This document shows, piece after piece, positions 31,163 through 45,350 of a DNA stretch of 64,000 nucleotides. The DNA lies in NCBI GenBank assembly GCA_965261645.1, contig CBDHDJ010000004.1, forward strand, positions 1,397,273 through 1,461,272, in the 5' to 3' direction. This DNA is from Alphaproteobacteria bacterium. GTDB taxonomy: Bacteria > Pseudomonadota > Alphaproteobacteria > SHVV01. Under the pieces are notes generated by a model that saw only the letters and a program-made list of their open reading frames with translations, had not been told where the DNA came from and searched no databases. The translations under genes and the position numbers were made by a program. Position 1 is the first letter of the stretch; each line of letters opens with the position of its first letter.

Positions 31163-32554
31163 ATGAACGACGGGACCGCCATTAGCAGCGAGATCCGCCA
31201 ACAATGGGACCGCATCCGTGATCGGCTGAAGGATGAATTCGGCGCTGCGACGTTCAACAGCTGGCTCAAGCCGCTGGCGCTTGGAGGCGTGCGCGAGGGC
31301 CAGATCACGATGGTCGCGCCCAATCGCTTTTTTCGGGACTGGGTGGTGTCCCATTATGCGCCGAGGCTCCACGATCTCTGGAGCGGCGAGAGCAACGGGC
31401 GCTATTCGGTCGATATCTCGGTTCGTCCATCGGAGTCTGGCGGGCCGGGTGGCCCGCCCACAGCCGACACAGTCGCCGCCGAGGCGGTCGTGGCAGACGC
31501 CCCTGTGCGCGATGACGTCATCGCCGATCTGGGCGCGCCGCTCGATCCCCGCTTCACGTTCGAGAACTTCATTACCGGCAAACCCAACGAGCTCGCTTAC
31601 GCCGCGGCACGCCGGGTCGCGGAATCACCGACCATGCCATTCAACCCCTTCTACCTTTACGGCGGCGTTGGGCTCGGCAAGACCCATCTCATGCACGCGA
31701 TTGCCTGGTATATCCGCGCAGGCGATCCACATCGCAAGGTGGTTTATCTGTCGGCGGAAAAGTTCATGTATCAGTTCATCCGCTCGCTGCGCTTTAAGAC
31801 CGTGATGGCGTTCAAGCAGCAGTTCCGTTCCGTCGATGTGTTGATGATCGATGATGTGCAGTTCATCAGCGGCAAGGACTCAACCCAGGAGGAGTTCTTC
31901 CACACGTTCAACGCACTCGTCGACCAGAGCCGCCAGATCGTGATCTCCGGCGATCGTTCGCCCTCCGACCTCGAGCGCATGGAGGAGCGCATGCGCTCGC
32001 GCCTCGGCTGGGGGCTGGTCGCCGATATTCATGCCACGGACTACGAGCTTCGCTTCGGCATCCTGCAATCGAAGGCGGAGCAGGCCGGGGCCAAGGACGT
32101 TCCGTCCGGGGTGTTTGAATTTCTCGCCCACCGCATCACCTCGAACGTGCGCGAGCTCGAAGGCGCGCTCAACCGGGTCCTGGCCTATTCCAACCTCGTC
32201 GGCCGGCCTATCACCCTCGAGACGACCCAGGAGGTGCTGCACGACCTGCTCCGTGCCAACGACCGGCGCATCACCATCGAGGACATCCAAAAACGCGTCG
32301 CCGAACATTACAAACTGCGGGTCGCCGATATGCACTCGCCGCGCCGCGCGCGGGCCGTGGCGCGGCCGCGCCAGGTCGCGATGTATCTCGCCAAGCAGCT
32401 GACGACGCGATCACTGCCCGAAATCGGCCGCAAATTCGGTGGGCGCGACCACACGACCGTCATGCATGCGGTCCGCAGGATCGAGGAATTGCGCCAGACC
32501 GAAAGCGGCGTGGCCGAGGACGTCGACCTCCTGAAACGCATGATCGAGGGCTGA
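31163..32554 (+). CDS. dnaA: Chromosomal replication initiator DnaA
   Basis: GGVGLGKTHL, LMIDDVQF, QEEFFHTFN, NVRELEGAL, RDHTTV. Confidence 0.98.
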   Translation: MNDGTAISSEIRQQWDRIRDRLKDEFGAATFNSWLKPLALGGVREGQITMVAPNRFFRDWVVSHYAPRLHDLWSGESNGRYSVDISVRPSESGGPGGPPTADTVAAEAVVADAPVRDDVIADLGAPLDPRFTFENFITGKPNELAYAAARRVAESPTMPFNPFYLYGGVGLGKTHLMHAIAWYIRAGDPHRKVVYLSAEKFMYQFIRSLRFKTVMAFKQQFRSVDVLMIDDVQFISGKDSTQEEFFHTFNALVDQSRQIVISGDRSPSDLERMEERMRSRLGWGLVADIHATDYELRFGILQSKAEQAGAKDVPSGVFEFLAHRITSNVRELEGALNRVLAYSNLVGRPITLETTQEVLHDLLRANDRRITIEDIQKRVAEHYKLRVADMHSPRRARAVARPRQVAMYLAKQLTTRSLPEIGRKFGGRDHTTVMHAVRRIEELRQTESGVAEDVDLLKRMIEG

Positions 32555-32904
32555 AACGCCCACGGTCAGGGCCCCCGCACGGGCGGCCTCACAGGTTCGT
32601 CCGGGTGCGCCGCAAGCGCACTTTCGCACGGGTTCGGCGCGCTCATACGAGATATCCGCCAGGCCGCCCCGCGTGCCTTCCTGTGGCTCTCGCTATACCC
32701 TTGATCGACAACGCTTTATCGCGGCCCTAGGGAGTCGGGAACAGGCGATGATTCGGCTGAATTTCCGTGCTCTTTCAAGGCTTTCTGCTATACTTGGGAG
32801 CGCACAATTTCGCCCCGAATCGGCACCCGATCTAGGGGCGGGACGTGGCTTGTAAACCCGCACCGGCCGGCCCTAATCAACCGGTTGTCAAGTCTGCCAA
32901 AGAG

Positions 32905-34023
32905 ATGAAACTCACCGTTGAACGTGCCGCCCTTTTAGCCTCGCTCGGGCATGTCCAGAGCGTCGTCGAGCGGCGCAACACGATCCCCATCCTGTCCAAC
33001 GTGCAGCTCGCCACGGAGGACAGCCAGCTCAGCTTGACCGCCACGGATTTGGACCTCGCCGTGGTGACGACCCTCGCCGCCGAGGTGGGCCAGGGCGGCG
33101 CCACGACGACGCCAGCGCATACCCTTTACGATATCGTCCGCAAGTTACCCGATGGCGCCCAGGTTGAGCTCAGCCACGGCGAGCACGAAGGCCAACTCGC
33201 GCTCAAGGCGGGGCGTTCAGAGTTTTTCCTGCCTTGCCTGCCGAAGGAGGACTTTCCCGTCGTCGCCGAGGACGAGTTGCCGGTGACGTTCAGCATCGAC
33301 GCCGCCGCGCTGCGCCGGCTGATCGAAAAGAGCCGATTCGCGATTTCGACCGAGGAGGCGCGCTACTATCTCAACGGCATCTTCGTCCATGCCGTGGAAG
33401 AGAGCGGCGTGGCGCTGCTGCGCGCGGTTGCGACCGACGGACACCGGCTCTCGCGGGTGGATACCCCGCTGCCGGACGGCGCAGCGGACATGCCGGGCGT
33501 GATCGTGCCGCGCAAGGCGGTGACCGAGATCGCGAAGCTCATCGAACACAGCGACGGCGCCGTGGAGATCGCGCTTTCGGACACCAAGATCCGGTTTGTC
33601 CTCAGCGAAACCGTGCTGACGACCAAGCTCATCGACGGCACCTTTCCGGACTACGGCCGCGTCATTCCGGCCGAGAACGACAAGACGATGGAGGTCGACG
33701 GCAAGAGCTTAACGGACGCGGTCGACCGGGTCTCGACCATATCCACGGAGAAATCGCGTGCCGTGAAGCTCGCGCTCGAGCCTGCCAAGCTCGTGCTGTC
33801 CTCCACCAGCAGCGACAACGCCAGCGCGAGCGAGGAATTGAGCGTTGCCTACGACGGCGAACCCATGGAGATCGGGTTCAATTCACGTTACCTGCTCGAT
33901 GTCACGTCGCAAATCGAAGGCAATTCCGTGCGCCTGAACTTGGCGGATTCGGTCTCGCCGACGATCATCGAGGACACCGGCGATGCCTCTGTGCTTTACG
34001 TCCTGATGCCGATGCGCGTGTGA
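32905..34023 (+). CDS. dnaN: DNA polymerase III beta clamp
   Basis: RRNTIPILSN, ATDGHRL, IDGTFPDY, VLMPMRV. Confidence 0.98.
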   Translation: MKLTVERAALLASLGHVQSVVERRNTIPILSNVQLATEDSQLSLTATDLDLAVVTTLAAEVGQGGATTTPAHTLYDIVRKLPDGAQVELSHGEHEGQLALKAGRSEFFLPCLPKEDFPVVAEDELPVTFSIDAAALRRLIEKSRFAISTEEARYYLNGIFVHAVEESGVALLRAVATDGHRLSRVDTPLPDGAADMPGVIVPRKAVTEIAKLIEHSDGAVEIALSDTKIRFVLSETVLTTKLIDGTFPDYGRVIPAENDKTMEVDGKSLTDAVDRVSTISTEKSRAVKLALEPAKLVLSSTSSDNASASEELSVAYDGEPMEIGFNSRYLLDVTSQIEGNSVRLNLADSVSPTIIEDTGDASVLYVLMPMRV

Positions 34024-34030
34024 GATAGGA

Positions 34031-37704
<3,674 letters not shown>

Positions 37705-37736
37705 ACCGCGCTCGGTGCGGGCTCAAGCGCACCCTT

Positions 37737-38243
37737 TCAACCTGTGCTCGTCCGCCCCCGCCCCCGCCCGCACGGTTGCGCCTGCTGGGGCTCGGCCGGG
37801 GCTTCGATATCGATCCAGTCCGCCACATGGGAGAGCGGATCGCCGACATCGTCCTCGGGAAGCGCGCGACCCCGCACCGACATGCCGGCGAGGTGGACGC
37901 TGTCGCGATCGCCCGATACCAGCGGATGCCACCAATAGAGATCGCGCCCTTCGCCAACCAGGCGGTAGGCGCAGGTGGTGGGCAACCAGCCCAGCTCGAG
38001 CACCTTGGCCGGGGTGAGGCGGACGCAATCGTGCACCCGCTTGGCGCGGTTCTTGTAGTCGGAGCAGCGGCAGGTTTCGAGATCGAGCAGCCGGCAGGCC
38101 ACATCGGTGTACGTGACTTCGCCGGTGTCCTCATCCTCCGCCTTGATCAGGCAGCATTTGGCGCAGCCGTCGCACAGCGATTCCCACTCCTCAGTGGAGA
38201 GCTCGTGGAGGGATTTCTGCTTCCAGAACGGGATGTCGTCCAC
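37737..38243 (-). CDS. YcgN/UPF0260 cysteine-cluster protein
   Basis: [32 protein letters not shown]. Confidence 0.92.
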   Translation of the reverse strand: MDDIPFWKQKSLHELSTEEWESLCDGCAKCCLIKAEDEDTGEVTYTDVACRLLDLETCRCSDYKNRAKRVHDCVRLTPAKVLELGWLPTTCAYRLVGEGRDLYWWHPLVSGDRDSVHLAGMSVRGRALPEDDVGDPLSHVADWIDIEAPAEPQQAQPCGRGRGRTSTG

Positions 38244-38284
38244 GCCGTGGTACTCCGCTGCCCCTGTGCGCGGCCATTGTGGGC

Positions 38285-38539
38285 TCAGCGCAGGGCGAGG
38301 TAAAGCCCGCCCAGGAGAATCGCGGGCCAGGTGAACCGCGGATCGGCGAGGAGTTGCACCACGCGGCTCGCTGGCCGTAAGCCGAAGCCGTGCAGAAAGC
38401 CGCCGATCGTCCCGATCATGAGGATGGCCTCCACCGCCCGATCGAGAATGCTTCCGTGACCCTCGGCAAAATCAACGCGCGCCATGATCAGCGCGGCGCC
38501 GACCAAGGCGAACGCGAGCGAAAGCCGCTTGAACGTCAC
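38285..38539 (-). CDS. Small membrane protein
   Basis: 84-aa ORF with three hydrophobic segments, filling the gap between ycgN and the cobD-like gene. Confidence 0.55.
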   Translation of the reverse strand: MTFKRLSLAFALVGAALIMARVDFAEGHGSILDRAVEAILMIGTIGGFLHGFGLRPASRVVQLLADPRFTWPAILLGGLYLALR

Positions 38540-38817
38540 GGGCGCGCCAGCCGCGGGCTTCCGTAAGACAAGGCGAGCGTCCCGCTAGGACGCCGAGCGG
38601 GCATTCGGATTGACGCGACGGGGCGAGCCACCCATCCTTTGGCGATGATCGATATTGCCGTGGATCTGGGCCTTGCTCTCGATGTGGGGCCTGAGCCCAT
38701 CATCCTCCTGCTCCTCGCGCTCATCGCCGATGCCCTGTTCGGCGGTGGGGCGCTGGGTGCGGACCGCGCCCGGTTCTCACCGCGCGCCGTTCTGGCCCGC
38801 ATGATCGGCGGTCTTAA

Positions 38818-40261
38818 CAGCCCGTTGATTAAGTCGGCGCCGTCTGATTCTCTGGTTCCCTGATTTGCAGGGGGATTTGCCGATGGCGATGGGACGGCAG
38901 AAGGATGGTCAGGGGGACCTGATGGTGAGCTGGTCGGAGATGCCGCGCTCTCCGGGTCATGTGTTTTATGACCGCTTGCAGTCGGTGCTGATCGAGGGCG
39001 GCTTCGACGCCTTTGCCGAGGCGAGCTGCCGGCCTTATTACGCGGTCCGGATGGGCGCGCCCTCGGTGCCGCCCGGGCGCTATTTCCGGATGCACCTGGT
39101 GGGCTACTTTGAGGGCATCGACAGCGAGCGCGGTCTGGAGTGGCGCTGCTCGGACTCGCTTTCGCTGCGGGCGTTCCTGCGACTGGGGAGCCGTGATCGG
39201 GTACCGGACCATTCCTGGCTGTCACGGAGCCGCACGCGCCTGCCCCATGAAGTCCACGCGGCGGTCTTCGACTGGGTTCTGGTGCTGATCGCCGAGGCGG
39301 GGCTGATCAAGGGCGAGCGCATCGGCGTCGATGCCTCGACCATGGAGGCCAACGCGGCGCTGCGGAACATCGTGCGGCGCGACAACGGCGAAGGCTACCG
39401 GGAGATGCTGGAGCGCCTGGCCCGGGAAAGCGGGGTCGAGACACCCACGGCCGAGGACCTGGCGCGTCTGGACCGGAAGCGCAAGGGCAAGAAGCTTTCC
39501 AACACGGATTGGGTTTCGAAGAGCGACCCCGAGGCCAAGATCACCAAGATGAAGGACGGCACGACGCATCTGGCCTACAAGCCCGAGCACGCGGTGGATC
39601 TGGACACCGGCGCGGTGGTGGCGGCCGAGCTGCACCCGGCCGATGAGGGCGACACCACGACGCTTTCCAAGACCCTGGCGAAGGCCGAGGCAAACCTCGA
39701 GGCGGTGGATGCGGCACCGACATCGGAGGACCCGGCCGAATGCGTCGCCGACAAAGGTTATCACTCACGGGCGGTCTTGAGGGCTCTGAACGACAGTCCC
39801 TGGAAGACCCGGATCGCGGCGCCCAAGCAGACCGGCTTTTCGCGCTGGCACGGTGATGAGGCGGCGCGGCGCGCGGTCACCAATAACCGTGCGCGGCTCA
39901 AGTCCGGGGTCGCCCGCGAGGCCTTCAAGCTGCGCGCCGAGATCGTCGAGCGCTGCTTTGCCCACAACCTCGATCGTGGCGGCATGCGACGAACCTGGCT
40001 GCGCGGGCGAGAGAATGTGCACAAGCGATACCTGCTCCACGTCGCCGGCCACAATCTATCGTTACTGATGCGCCAGCTCATCGGCGCCGGCACCCCGCGG
40101 GAGGCCGTGGCGGGCGGATATGGCGGTATTTTCGTTCTGCTCACGCCCACCGGGGCCATGCTGGTGGCACGGGGGGGCTCGCAAAGCGGCCAGACGGCTT
40201 TCGCCGCCGCATTCCTCATCTGGCAGTGAGAGCCGGAAAAAGCCACTTAATCAACGGGCTG
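38818..40261 (+). mobile_element. IS1182/IS5-like insertion sequence, copy 2 (complete, 1444 bp)
   Basis: IRs CAGCCCGTTGATTAAG / CTTAATCAACGGGCTG; TTAA duplication at 38814-38817 and 40262-40265. Confidence 0.96.
38865..40229 (+). CDS. IS1182-like DDE transposase
   Basis: DUF772-like N-terminus (GAPSVPP..GIDSERGL), VDASTMEANA, ADKGY, RAEIVERCF. Confidence 0.93.
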   Translation: MQGDLPMAMGRQKDGQGDLMVSWSEMPRSPGHVFYDRLQSVLIEGGFDAFAEASCRPYYAVRMGAPSVPPGRYFRMHLVGYFEGIDSERGLEWRCSDSLSLRAFLRLGSRDRVPDHSWLSRSRTRLPHEVHAAVFDWVLVLIAEAGLIKGERIGVDASTMEANAALRNIVRRDNGEGYREMLERLARESGVETPTAEDLARLDRKRKGKKLSNTDWVSKSDPEAKITKMKDGTTHLAYKPEHAVDLDTGAVVAAELHPADEGDTTTLSKTLAKAEANLEAVDAAPTSEDPAECVADKGYHSRAVLRALNDSPWKTRIAAPKQTGFSRWHGDEAARRAVTNNRARLKSGVAREAFKLRAEIVERCFAHNLDRGGMRRTWLRGRENVHKRYLLHVAGHNLSLLMRQLIGAGTPREAVAGGYGGIFVLLTPTGAMLVARGGSQSGQTAFAAAFLIWQ

Positions 40262-40309
40262 TTAAACGGCGTCTCATCCGCGAATGGCGGGGCGCGATCA
40301 CCCGCCTTA

Positions 40310-41470
40310 TACCAACGGCGCAAAATTCTGACTCGCAAGGGATTCCCTTTTTGGGCTGGATGTGATTCAAGGCTGGCGAAGGAGATTCGCCATGTCAGTA
40401 TGCATTGCTCTTCGGGACGACTACGACAGCATTGAGCTCCGGTGTTTGGCCAAGCACAGTCGCGATCCCCGCCAAGTTCGCCGGCTTTTGGCCTTGGCGG
40501 CGGTTTACGACGGCATGAGCCGAGCGGAAGCCGCTAAGGTCGGCGGCATGGATCGCCAGACGCTGAGAGACTGGGCGCACCGCTTCAACGATGAAGGGGC
40601 AGACGGCTTGAAGAACCGTCCCGGTGCGGGCCGCCCCCGGCTCTTGACCGACGAGCAGATGGGCGAACTGTCGGTGATCGTCGAAACGGGCCCCGATCCA
40701 AAGATTGACGGTGTGGTTCGCTGGCGGCGGGTTGACCTGAAACGGGTGATCGAAGAACGCTTTGGCGTGATCTATAGCGAGCGGGCGATCTCCGACCTTC
40801 TCGTCGCGCTGTCCTTCTCCCACATCAGCGCCCGGCCGCAGCACCCCAAGCAGGACCAGCGGGTGATCGAGGCGTTCAAAAAAACTTCCCCCGCACGCTC
40901 GCTGCCCACCTAGCCGGTCTGCCCAAGACCAAGCGGGTCGAGATCTGGTTCCAAGACGAGGCCAGGCTGGGACAGAAGAACGGGCGTGTGCGCATTTGGG
41001 CGAAGAAGGGAACAAGGCCACGCCTGCCCGCCGATCAGCGCTACACGAACGCCTACCTCTTTGGCGCAATCTGTCCCATGGGAGCCAAGGGTGCCGCTCT
41101 CATGCTCCCCTTCGCCAACACAGCCGCCATGCAGATGCATCTCGACGAGATCAGCTGCAACGTCGCCGCCAAGGCCCATGGCGTCGTCCTGATGGACCGC
41201 GCCGGGTGGCACAGCACCGACCATCTCAAGGTCCCCAAGAACCTCACCATCATCCTGCTGCCATCGCGCTCGCCCGAGCTGAACCCGGTCGAGAACATCT
41301 GGCAATACCTCCGCCAGAATTGGCTCTCTAACCGCGTCTTCGAAGATTACGACGCCATCATCGAGGCCGGTTGCCAAGCCTGGAACAAACTAATCGACCA
41401 GCCCGAGACGATCATGTCCATCGGAATGAGAGATTGGGCGATTTCAGGTCAATAATTAGTGCCGTTGGTA
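40310..41470 (+). mobile_element. IS630-family insertion sequence A
   Basis: Imperfect IRs TACCAACGGCGCAAAATTCTGAC / GTCAATAATTAGTGCCGTTGGTA; TTA on both flanks. Confidence 0.9.
40392..41455 (+). CDS. IS630 transposase, orfA/orfB joined by a probable -1 frameshift
   Basis: orfA HTH (40392-40913); slippery A7C at 40878-40885; orfB with WFQDE, MDRAGWH, SPELNPVENIW. Confidence 0.88.
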
Positions 41471-42237
41471 TTATCCGCGGGCTGTTGCTCGTCGTCGTCG
41501 TCGCCGCTCTGAGCTACGGGGCGGGATGGGCGTTGCTCGCGCTCGCCGCGGCGGTCCCCTTCACCTGGATCATCGTCCTCGCGCTTCTCTTCGCCCTGGT
41601 GTCACAGCGTGGCGCGTTCGATGCGGTGCGCGGCGTGTCGCGGGGTCTTGCCGGCGATGGCCTCGCCACGGCACGCCGGGCCTCGCGCCCGCTGTTGGGT
41701 GAGGAAAGCGCGGCGCTCAATCAGGCCCGGCTGGTCGATCGCACCGTGAGCCGCCTGGCCGAACGCCTGAGTGCCGACGTCGTGGCCCCGGCGTTCTGGT
41801 TTGTCCTGCTCGGCCTGCCCGGGCTCTGCGCCTATGTCGCGATCGCCATCATGGGTGAGCAGTTGCGGGAGGACCGGCCGAAGTTCGAGTCCTTCGGTTT
41901 TCCCGCGAGCCGGCTCGATGAGGTGATCGGCTACCTGCCGGCGTTCATGACCGGACTGTTCCTGTCGCTCGCCGCCATCGTCGTCCCGGGTGCCAGTCCG
42001 CTCAGGGGTCTAGTGGCCCTGGCCGGCCGCCGCGTCGCGGGCCCGCTCAACCGCTGGTGGCCGAGGGCCGTGATGCACGCCGCATTCGGCTCGGACCCGG
42101 CCTCGTCAGGCAACCCGCAGCCGCCCGCCAACTTGCTCGACCGGGTGCTTTATCTCTACGCCGTCGCGGTGGGCGTCAATTTCCTCGCTGTGCTTCTGGT
42201 GGCGATGAGGCGGGTGGCGATGTGACGCTGTCCCGCC

Positions 42238-42927
42238 TTAGCCGCTGCCCGCGATCTCGTTGAGCGCCGCCTTGAGTTCGTCCGCCTGATCGTTCTGGCC
42301 TTTGTCGCGGGCGATGATTTGGCGCGCGCTCGGCGCCTCGCCGTAGTATTTGCGGTTCCACTCCTCGCGTGGCTTGATGACTGAGCCTTCGAGGGAGGCG
42401 CCGATGAACAGGCCCTTGGTGCGCGCGAAGGAATAGATATCGGCGCCGAGGTTCGTTGTCGTGGCGGCCTCGACGCCGACGCCGATCGGCCCCGCGGCGA
42501 GCACCGCGTCGACGCCGAGCTTCATCGCCGCATGGACCACCGCATCGAGGGCGCGCGGCGTCATGATCAACAGCACGACCTTCGAGATCTGACCGCCGAT
42601 CTGCAGCCCGATGCTGCCCCCGGCCATGGTGTAGAACGCGGGCCCGCCCCAGCCCTCGCCCCGGCGATCGAGCAGCAACGCGTTGCCGCCCGAGCCGCCC
42701 AGGATGAAGCCGCCCTTGAGGAATTCAGGAATCACGATCACCGCGCGCGCCTCCGTGAGCAGCGTTCGCATGGCGGCCATGTTTTCATCCGCGGGCAGGG
42801 CCTCGACGGTGAGGCGCGCCTTGTCCACCAGCGCCTCCTGCTCGGTGGCCTGGGCGGTTGCGATGAAGCTTCCGAGCGCAACGCCCAGAGTCCATATCAG
42901 CCATTTCTGCAGCGTTCTGCGTCGCAT
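42238..42927 (-). CDS. SYLF/Ysc84 lipid-binding domain protein
   Basis: KGGFILGGSGG, GGSIGLQIGG, KGLFIGASLEGS; signal peptide. Confidence 0.9.
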   Translation of the reverse strand: MRRRTLQKWLIWTLGVALGSFIATAQATEQEALVDKARLTVEALPADENMAAMRTLLTEARAVIVIPEFLKGGFILGGSGGNALLLDRRGEGWGGPAFYTMAGGSIGLQIGGQISKVVLLIMTPRALDAVVHAAMKLGVDAVLAAGPIGVGVEAATTTNLGADIYSFARTKGLFIGASLEGSVIKPREEWNRKYYGEAPSARQIIARDKGQNDQADELKAALNEIAGSG

Positions 42928-42983
42928 AGTTGTTCTCAACCTCCTCTGTGGCGGCGCGTCAGCGTCGTGCGGTCGCGCGCCAG

Positions 42984-43613
42984 CTAGATTCGGGCATTGA
43001 CGAAGCCGACGCGCCACGTGCCGCCGAGGCCCGGCCCGTCAACATGGTCGATCCGCGTCGTCGAGAGATTCTCGGTGGCGAAGCCGAGCGCGAGGTCAGG
43101 ATCGAGGTCGAGCGCCAGCGCCAGCGCCGCGCGAATACTGCCGCCATGGGCGACGGCGACGATGTCGCGGCCGGCGTGTGCCTCGGTCAGCCGCGCGATG
43201 ACCGCGTGCACCCGCTCCGTGACCTCGTGAAAGCTTTCGCCGCCGGGCGGCCTATGCGCCGCGGGCGCGAGCCAGAACTTGTGGGCCGGTATACCGTCCC
43301 GGCGGGCCGCGACCTCCGCCCAGGTGAGCCCCTGCCAGGCGCCGAAATTCTGCTCCCCGAGGTTGGGCTCGACGAGCACCGGATCGGACACCCGAACACC
43401 GGTCTCGGCCAGGGCCTCGATGGTCTGGTGGGTGCGTTTGAGGTGGCTTCGCACCCAGACCGCGTCGGGTGGCAGCTGGCTGGCGAGTTTTTCGAACCCT
43501 GCCCGGTCCGACACATCCGCCGCCGGATCGCTGCTGCCATAGACGCGCCCTTGGTTCTCAGTCACCGGTGCGTGGCGGACCCACCACCAGCGGGTGATTC
43601 GGGGCTCAATCAT
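42984..43613 (-). CDS. Histidine phosphatase (CobC/PGM-like)
   Basis: WVRHAP, EQNFGAWQG, PGGES, VAHGGSIR. Forms the C-terminal part of the track ORF 42984-44750. Confidence 0.9.
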   Translation of the reverse strand: MIEPRITRWWWVRHAPVTENQGRVYGSSDPAADVSDRAGFEKLASQLPPDAVWVRSHLKRTHQTIEALAETGVRVSDPVLVEPNLGEQNFGAWQGLTWAEVAARRDGIPAHKFWLAPAAHRPPGGESFHEVTERVHAVIARLTEAHAGRDIVAVAHGGSIRAALALALDLDPDLALGFATENLSTTRIDHVDGPGLGGTWRVGFVNARI

Positions 43614-43630
43614 CGCCGCGCCGACTCCGT

Positions 43631-44467
43631 CTATTCCCCGATCTGCAGGAGCTGGCCGCGGCGCCGGGCCGTGCGGAAGAAGGCGAGAAACACCGCCATA
43701 CCGACGGCCACAAAGACGACGTTGATCAGGGCGGCGGTGATCAGCAGGTCGGTGCGCACTTCGCCGTCGACGATGATCGCCCGCATGCCCTCGAAGACGT
43801 AGGTGGCGGGCAGCCCATGGGCGATAAACTGGACCCATTCGGGCATGACCGTGATCGGGTAGTAGATGCCGCAAATGGGCGCCAGCGCGAACATCACCGC
43901 CCAGGCCAGGCTCTCGGCGCCGAGCCCGAAGCGCAGGATCACCCCGCAGACCACGAGGCCGACGCTCCAGCCCATCACCACCAGATTGATGAAGAAACCG
44001 ATCAGCGAAAAGCCGAGCGAGTAAACGTTGAAGCCGAAGAAGGCGATGGCCAGCAGCGTCGCCGGGATGACGCCGATCAGCGTGCGGATGACGCTCAGGC
44101 ACATCAGCGCGATGACGAACTCCTGGGGGCGCATCGGGCTGACGAACAGATGACCGAGATTGCGCGACCACATCTCCTCGAGAAAGGCGATGGCGAAACC
44201 GAGCTGGCTGCGGAACATGATGTCCCACAGGATGACCGCGGCGATAAGCACGCCGAAGGCCTGGGCGATGAAACTCGAATGGCCGACCAGGAACTGGGTG
44301 ATGAAGCCCCACAGGATGATCTGCACGGTCGGCCAGTAGGTGAGCTCCACGAGGCGCGGCCACGACCCCATAACGAGATAGAGGTGGCGCAGCACGAGCC
44401 CCATGATGCGGCGAACAGCGAGGACCGCGGCGCCTTGCGAGGGCGGAGTGGCGGCCCATTCGCTCAT
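43631..44467 (-). CDS. ABC-2 type transporter permease
   Basis: Multiple TM segments; FLEEMWSRNL, YYPI, LPATYVFEGMR. Confidence 0.9.
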   Translation of the reverse strand: MSEWAATPPSQGAAVLAVRRIMGLVLRHLYLVMGSWPRLVELTYWPTVQIILWGFITQFLVGHSSFIAQAFGVLIAAVILWDIMFRSQLGFAIAFLEEMWSRNLGHLFVSPMRPQEFVIALMCLSVIRTLIGVIPATLLAIAFFGFNVYSLGFSLIGFFINLVVMGWSVGLVVCGVILRFGLGAESLAWAVMFALAPICGIYYPITVMPEWVQFIAHGLPATYVFEGMRAIIVDGEVRTDLLITAALINVVFVAVGMAVFLAFFRTARRRGQLLQIGE

Positions 44468-45243
44468 TGCGCCGCCGAGCCCAGTCCGTTCTGCGCGCCT
44501 TTGCCACGGGCGATGTCGAGAAACACTTCCTCGAGCGAGACGCGGCCGTAGCGGCTGATGAGCGTGGCAGGTGAGCCCTCGTCGAAGATACGGCCCCCTT
44601 TGAGCATGAGCACATGATCGCACAGCCGCTCGACCTCCAGCATGTTGTGCGAGGCGAGCAGCATCGCGGCGCCGGCGTTACTCTGGTAGCGCTGCAGGTA
44701 GGTGCGTACCCAGTCCGCGGTGTCGGGATCAAGCGAGGCTGTGGGCTCATCGAGCAACAGCACTTCCGGGTCGTTGATCAGCGCCTTGGCGAGCGAGACG
44801 CGGGTCTTCTCGCCCGACGAAAGGCTGCCGAACGGGCGCTTCAGAAACGCCGTGATATCGAGCGCCTCGGCGATCTCCGCGACCTTGTCGCGCGGATGGG
44901 GGACGCCGTAGAGATGGGCGTAGACCCGCAAATTCTGCTCCACGCGGAGCCGTTTCGGCAGATCGACATAGGGCGAGGCGAAATTGATGCGCGGCAGCAC
45001 TCGGTAGCGGTGGGTGATCATGTCTTCGCCGAGCACCGTAACCGTGCCCGAGGTCGGGATCACGATGCCGAGCAGCATCGCGATGGTGGTGGTTTTGCCC
45101 GCGCCGTTGCCGCCGAGCAGAGCCGTCGCGCTGCCTCGCGCTACGGTGAAATTGACATCGTCGACCGCGACGGTGTCATCGTAGCGCTTGCTGAGATTTT
45201 CGACGCGAATGACGACGTCGCTGGGGCTCCCGCGGTGTTCCAT
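44464..45243 (-). CDS. ABC transporter ATP-binding protein
   Basis: GGNGAGKTT, LSSGEK, LLLDEPT, ASH. Confidence 0.95.
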   Translation of the reverse strand: MEHRGSPSDVVIRVENLSKRYDDTVAVDDVNFTVARGSATALLGGNGAGKTTTIAMLLGIVIPTSGTVTVLGEDMITHRYRVLPRINFASPYVDLPKRLRVEQNLRVYAHLYGVPHPRDKVAEIAEALDITAFLKRPFGSLSSGEKTRVSLAKALINDPEVLLLDEPTASLDPDTADWVRTYLQRYQSNAGAAMLLASHNMLEVERLCDHVLMLKGGRIFDEGSPATLISRYGRVSLEEVFLDIARGKGAQNGLGSAAQ

Positions 45244-45350
45244 GGGCCCAATATGGCCTGAAAGGCTGATTGGGGGAAGGTTTGCGTGGCCTCGGCACTG
45301 AGCGGGAGAAAAGGTTTACGCTGCTCCGATCCTCGGCCAGAATTGTGCCG

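Larger units (their letters stand above)
38639..42225 (+). pseudogene. CobD/CbiB-like membrane protein interrupted by two IS elements
   Basis: Fragments 38639-38817, 40266-40309 and 41474-42225 rejoin in frame (..GGL-KRRLIREWRGAITRL-IRGLLL..). VVAPAFWFVLLGLPG and FG..ASRLD..YLPA resemble CobD. Confidence 0.75.

Noticed and set aside
42984-44750. 588-aa ORF as one large gene
   Set aside because: Only the last 209 aa are a histidine phosphatase. The rest overlaps the ABC genes in another frame.
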